NCBI GenBank assembly: GCA_041392805.1
Contig: JAWKLJ010000001.1
Location: 4,843,101-4,907,100 of the forward strand
Reading direction: 5' to 3'
Source: Saprospiraceae bacterium
GTDB taxonomy: Bacteria > Bacteroidota > Bacteroidia > Chitinophagales > Saprospiraceae
Length of the DNA: 64,000 bases
The position numbers and the translations under genes were made by a program. Below are positions 60,198 to 64,000 of the stretch, in pieces (position 1 is the first letter of the stretch; each line of letters opens with the position of its first letter). The notes beneath the pieces are model-generated. The model ran no database searches. It worked only from the letters and a program-made list of their open reading frames with translations, and was not told where the DNA came from.

Positions 60198-61751
60198 TTA
60201 TCCAGCCCAGCCTTCTCTATCCAGACTCCTGAAATGGATAGCCTCAGCCAGGTGTTCGTGTTTGATCTTATCGCTGTTGGCCAGGTCGGCGGCTGTGCGC
60301 GCCACCTTGAGAATGCGGTCATAGGCACGGGCAGAAAGCTGTAGCCGTTCCATGGCTTTTTTGACCAGCAGGAGCCCCGCTTTGTCGACCTCGCAGACTT
60401 CGAGGACCATCCGGCTAGGCATCTGCGCATTGGCGAAGAGGTCTTTGTGGTCTTTGAAGCGTTCGGCCTGGCGCTCACGGGCCAAGATGACGCGCTGGGC
60501 GATATCCTGGCTCGTCTCGCTAGGGCGATCGAAGGAAGCGAGTTCGTCATAAGAGACAGGGGTGACTTCGACATGGAGATCGATGCGGTCGAGTAGGGGC
60601 CCTGAGATTTTATTGAGGTAGCGCTTGACGACACCAGGGCCGCAGACGCAATCTTTTTCGGGATGGTTATAATAGCCGCAGGGGCAAGGGTTCATCGAAG
60701 AGATCAGCATAAAACTGGCGGGATAATCCACGCTTATTTTGGCACGCGAGATGGTGATCCGTCGTTCTTCCATGGGTTGCCGAAGGACTTCCAGGACGGC
60801 CCGTTTGAACTCTGGTAGCTCGTCCAGAAAGAGGACACCATGATGGGCCAGGGAGATTTCACCAGGCATGGGATTGCTCCCCCCACCCACTAAAGCCACA
60901 TCACTGATCGTATGATGGGGCGATCGAAAGGGACGGATGGAGACCAGCGATGCATCAGGTGGCAATATTCCCGCCACCGAATGAATTTTGGTCGTTTCCA
61001 GGGCTTCGTAGAGATTGAGCGGCGGGAGGATGGTCGGGAGTCGACGCGCCAGCATGGTCTTACCCGCGCCGGGTGGGCCGATGAGGATAACATTATGTCC
61101 CCCAGCTGCAGCGATCTCCAAGGCGCGTTTGATATTCTCCTGGCCTTTTACATCCGAAAAATCAACACTATGTTGGCTTTGGTTGTAGGCAAATTCTTCC
61201 CGGGTATCCACCACGGTTGGCTTGATATCTAGAGTGCCATTAAAAAAGTCGATAGCTTCTCGCAGGTTTTCTATGCCATAGACATTTAAATCGTTGACAA
61301 TGGCTGCCTCTTTGGCATTCTGCTTGGGGAGGATCAGCCCCTTGAATTTTTCTTTACGGGCTTGAATGGCAATAGGGAGGGCTCCTTTGATGGGGCGTAG
61401 GCTGCCATCCAATGACAATTCGCCCATGAGCAGGTACTGATCGATGTTTTCAAGCGCCATTTGATTGGTGGCAGCAAGGCAGGCAATGGCAATGGGTAAG
61501 TCGTAGGCGGAACCTTCTTTGCGGATGTCTGCTGGCGCCAAATTGACGACGGTGCGGACGCGTTTCATTTTATAGCCGACATTGCTGATGGCTGCTTCAA
61601 TGCGTCGGAAGCCTTCTTTTACGGCATTGTCTGGCAAGCCTACTAGGTGATAAAATTGGTGGCCAGAGGCCGCTGCTCCTGTATCTACTTCTACGGTGAT
61701 GGTGAGCGCATCGACGCCTTGCAGGGCGCTAGCATAGGTTTTGACTAACAT
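60198..61751 (-). CDS. YifB/ComM-family magnesium-chelatase-like AAA+ ATPase
   Basis: N-terminal Lon-like domain (MLVKTYASALQGVDALTITVEVD). Walker A (GPPGAGKT). C-terminal magnesium-chelatase ChlI-like domain. Confidence 0.9.
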   Translation of the reverse strand: MLVKTYASALQGVDALTITVEVDTGAAASGHQFYHLVGLPDNAVKEGFRRIEAAISNVGYKMKRVRTVVNLAPADIRKEGSAYDLPIAIACLAATNQMALENIDQYLLMGELSLDGSLRPIKGALPIAIQARKEKFKGLILPKQNAKEAAIVNDLNVYGIENLREAIDFFNGTLDIKPTVVDTREEFAYNQSQHSVDFSDVKGQENIKRALEIAAAGGHNVILIGPPGAGKTMLARRLPTILPPLNLYEALETTKIHSVAGILPPDASLVSIRPFRSPHHTISDVALVGGGSNPMPGEISLAHHGVLFLDELPEFKRAVLEVLRQPMEERRITISRAKISVDYPASFMLISSMNPCPCGYYNHPEKDCVCGPGVVKRYLNKISGPLLDRIDLHVEVTPVSYDELASFDRPSETSQDIAQRVILARERQAERFKDHKDLFANAQMPSRMVLEVCEVDKAGLLLVKKAMERLQLSARAYDRILKVARTAADLANSDKIKHEHLAEAIHFRSLDREGWAG

Positions 61752-62150
61752 TTTTGGTATTAATGAAATGATGGCGCGGCTGGAAAAATAGGAAAAAGGG
61801 ATGGGATTTGGAAGGTTTTTGGGAAAAGATTGTTTTAGGTGTGGTGAAATAATTTACGGCGAGCTGGAGCTCGCAGCCAATGCCTGCATACAAGCACAGC
61901 TTGTGTGAGCGATGGTGGGTGAAATAATAGCTCTATGTATGCTTTGGTTCGTTATTTTGTCATTATGCGTGGGCGGGGTGGTTTAATATGGCATACCTAA
62001 CGGCATGCGATGGGCTTTTATATGTAACCCCTAACGGGGTTTTGAGCTTGTTACGAGCAGAGAAATGGCGACAGCACACGTGCCGCCGCCATTCCCCATG
62101 CCGTTCGTTAAGAGCTCCAGCTCGTCGTGACTTAGCGGTCTTCGAAGTAC

Positions 62151-63368
62151 TTATTTATTCAGGATCACCTTGTGTGACTGTTTGCCACTTTGGTCGATAA
62201 CGGTATAATAATAAACGCCATTTTGCAATTTACTCAGGTCGACATTCAATTGGTATTCGCCGATTTCTTTGTTGCCATCAAAGAGGGTCTGTATGGTTCT
62301 GCCGCTTTCATTGTGCAATTCGATACGCAGGTGGCCCGCTTGTTTTACGGTATAGCTAAGGGTATTTTGGCTGACAGCAGGATTTGGGAAAACCTTTATC
62401 TCGGTCAATGCCTCCTGCGTGGTAGGGGGAGTAGCTGGCGCGTTGGGGTCTAGCAGCAGGAAGCCTGCTTTGTGCATGAGGGGACGTTCGTGTTGTCCTT
62501 CCTCTCCACCGCTCTCTCTTTTGCCATGCATTCCTCGGCCATCTTTAGCTTCTCTTTTGGCTCCCTCCTGCATATTGGCAGGATGTTTTCTTTTCATCAT
62601 TCCTTCTGGGTGATTTTTGGCAGCGATTTTTTGCATGTCTGTTTTCCATTGTTCAGCCTGTGGTTTAATTTCTGCAAACAGTGCATCTATATCCGATTCA
62701 TATTTTTGGACGAGCGCCTGCACTTGCTCTCTGTGGGCTTTCATCGCTTCTTTTTTGGCTGCAAACTGTTCTTTGGCTGCTTTTTGTTGCTCGATGGTGG
62801 GGTTTTCCAAACGCTGAGGGCGTTCTCCCCTTGGTGGAAGTTGAGTGCGTAATTCAGCGATTTTTGCCTTGTCTTGGGCACTGATTTTCGCTTCGAGTTT
62901 TGTTCTTTGCGTTTTCAGCACCGGGAGTATATTTTCTTCGCGGTAGGTTTCCATCTCATCGCGCATGGCTTTTCGCTCTTTGCCAAAATCTGCGGCTTTT
63001 TCCTGTCGCATTTCCCTGTGTTCTTCCCGGAGGGCCTTCATTTTGGCTGCTTGTTCTTCCGTTAGCACCTCTTTAATACCCGACTGGTATTCTTCCATGA
63101 TGGTTTTCATGGCTTCACGGCGATCTTCGGGGCTTTCGAAATCCGCGTTTTTGAGGGCTTCCATCTTATTGCGATGCTCGGCGGTCAATTCCTCGATTTG
63201 TTTGCTTTGCTCGGTACTCAAGTTTAACTCCGTTTTGAGTTTTTCGGCATCAAGCATTTGTCCTCGGGGGCCACGTGGGCCTCTTGGGCCAGGTTGGGCA
63301 GTGGCGAAGGTAAAGCTACCTACGGCCAAAACGATAAGGGTCAGTCTAATCAATTTTGAAAACTGCAT
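62151..63368 (-). CDS. Spy/CpxP-like LTXXQ-motif periplasmic protein fused to a T9SS sorting domain
   Basis: Signal peptide. Collagen-like GPRGPRGPRG. Repeated LTXXQ-type motifs (LSTEQSKQIEELTAEHR; LTEEQAAKMKALREEHR). His-rich segment. C-terminal sorting domain (IKVFPNPAVSQNTLSYTVKQAGHLRIELHNESGRTIQTLF). Confidence 0.7.
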   Translation of the reverse strand: MQFSKLIRLTLIVLAVGSFTFATAQPGPRGPRGPRGQMLDAEKLKTELNLSTEQSKQIEELTAEHRNKMEALKNADFESPEDRREAMKTIMEEYQSGIKEVLTEEQAAKMKALREEHREMRQEKAADFGKERKAMRDEMETYREENILPVLKTQRTKLEAKISAQDKAKIAELRTQLPPRGERPQRLENPTIEQQKAAKEQFAAKKEAMKAHREQVQALVQKYESDIDALFAEIKPQAEQWKTDMQKIAAKNHPEGMMKRKHPANMQEGAKREAKDGRGMHGKRESGGEEGQHERPLMHKAGFLLLDPNAPATPPTTQEALTEIKVFPNPAVSQNTLSYTVKQAGHLRIELHNESGRTIQTLFDGNKEIGEYQLNVDLSKLQNGVYYYTVIDQSGKQSHKVILNK

Positions 63369-63521
63369 GTTGTATTAGATTTTGTGCTTGTTTATACAAG
63401 CTGGATGAATGAAAAGGGGTTATAAAATATTGGACCCAATTTTTCCTTTTTACAGGCCTTAGACACTTAGGATTTGTTCTTTTTTCCGCGATTTAGGATT
63501 TTTTTTCTTAAGGAAAAGTTA

Positions 63522-64000
63522 AAGGTGGCGTGAGCGCTGTGGAAGGGTGGTGCGGGTATAATGCGTATTTGAGGGTAAGGCTCCATTGCCTTCGGCGACC
63601 TACTTTTTGGCATTGCCCCAAAAAGTAGGCAAACGTGTCCCTGTATTGACAGGTCGGGAAAACGCTTTTGGCTGGCACTCTTTGAGCCACTGGCTCAAGC
63701 CAACCCAGAAAAAAAACTCGATCCCTCAAACAGTTTTTTGGTGGGTCACCGGCGCTTAGTAGGGTTCGGGTGAGTTGGAATCCAATACTTGTGTGTGCTT
63801 CGAGGATATTTGGATTTGCCTTCGGCGACCTACTTTTTGGCATTGCCCCAAAAAGTAGGCAAAAAACGCTAGGCAAAAAAAACTCGATCCCTCAAACAGT
63901 TTTTTGCCAGGCCACCCTCATATGGCGTAGCCTAAAGGCTACATTAATAGTGTTTTGGCTATCGCCAAGGGAAGGTGGCGTGAGCGCTGTGGAAGGGTGG
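63522..64000. repeat. Mosaic of direct and palindromic non-coding repeats at the window's 3' end
   Basis: ggtggcgtgagcgctgtggaagggtgg at 63522-63550 and 63972-64000. gccttcggcgacctactttttggcattgccccaaaaagtaggcaaa at 63588-63633 and 63818-63863, containing a perfect 12-bp inverted repeat. aaaaaaactcgatccctcaaacagttttttg at about 63709-63740 and about 63874-63906. Confidence 0.75.

Noticed and set aside
63508-63876. 122-aa minus-strand ORF
   Set aside because: It lies entirely within the palindromic repeat mosaic and its composition is driven by the repeats.
63369-64000. Possible CRISPR array suggested by the repeated units at the window's 3' end
   Set aside because: The repeats are of three different lengths, irregularly spaced, and partly palindromic with an A/T-rich context. 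There is no constant repeat-plus-spacer periodicity and no cas genes. They fit REP/MITE-like intergenic repeats better.
1-64000. Whole-window screen for mobile elements, tRNA/rRNA/tmRNA genes and classical defence systems
   Set aside because: I found no transposase, integrase, recombinase, reverse-transcriptase or restriction-modification / toxin-antitoxin signatures in any frame, and no cloverleaf-like or rRNA-like segments on visual inspection. Absence is stated with moderate certainty only, since I could run no covariance-model search.

Overview
This 64-kb window is densely coded, with about 40 genes, and looks like a Bacteroidota chromosome region (possibly Saprospiria-like; this is inference). 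The supports are the many proteins with type IX secretion system (T9SS) C-terminal sorting domains, SprB repeats, a gliding-motility-type C-terminal domain gene followed by a PorP/SprF gene, and the Planctomycete-type DUF1501/DUF1549/DUF1553 families. I found no rRNA, tRNA, CRISPR array, transposase or integrase.

The most striking content is a roughly 25-kb block at 4989-29675 encoding five large secreted proteins built from cohesin-like and dockerin-like modules, all carrying T9SS sorting domains:
- a secreted animal-type haem peroxidase;
- two giant HYR/Ig-repeat adhesin-like proteins (2306 aa and 1319 aa);
- a small protein with a single cohesin-like domain;
- an 1823-aa SprB-repeat protein carrying five tandem cohesin-like modules, with a PorP/SprF gene immediately downstream.

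The three enzyme/adhesin proteins share one C-terminal cassette: Ig-like fold, dockerin-like pair, cohesin-like domain, then T9SS sorting domain. This resembles a cellulosome-style docking system anchored by T9SS. As far as I know that has not been described as a functional system, and I flag it as the main hypothesis.

Other content:
- thymidine kinase (tdk), a lytic transglycosylase and a rhomboid protease;
- a LuxR-type response regulator whose receiver domain appears to lack the phospho-acceptor aspartate;
- an operon of a YqiJ/NfeD-like protein, a small membrane protein and a flotillin;
- a PadR regulator next to an FtsX-type permease;
- a three-gene ABC transporter, a putative esterase and an alpha/beta hydrolase;
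- a protein with two retropepsin-like domains and a protein with three CBM48-like domains;
- a cluster of a high-potential iron-sulfur protein, a dehydrogenase/HEAT-repeat protein, a cytochrome-c/DUF1549/DUF1553 protein and a DUF1501 protein;
- a GH78 alpha-L-rhamnosidase and the large subunit of a molybdenum hydroxylase with no small subunit nearby;
- an acyl-CoA dehydrogenase, a YifB/ComM ATPase, and a Spy/CpxP-like LTXXQ protein fused to a T9SS sorting domain.

Several intergenic regions are repeat-rich and are described under findings: ACGACGACA repeats upstream of the giant adhesin gene, a gene-free 1.3-kb segment with a duplicated terminator module, C-rich tandem repeats with G-quadruplex potential on the opposite strand, an 8-mer array between divergent genes, and a repeat mosaic at the window's 3' end.
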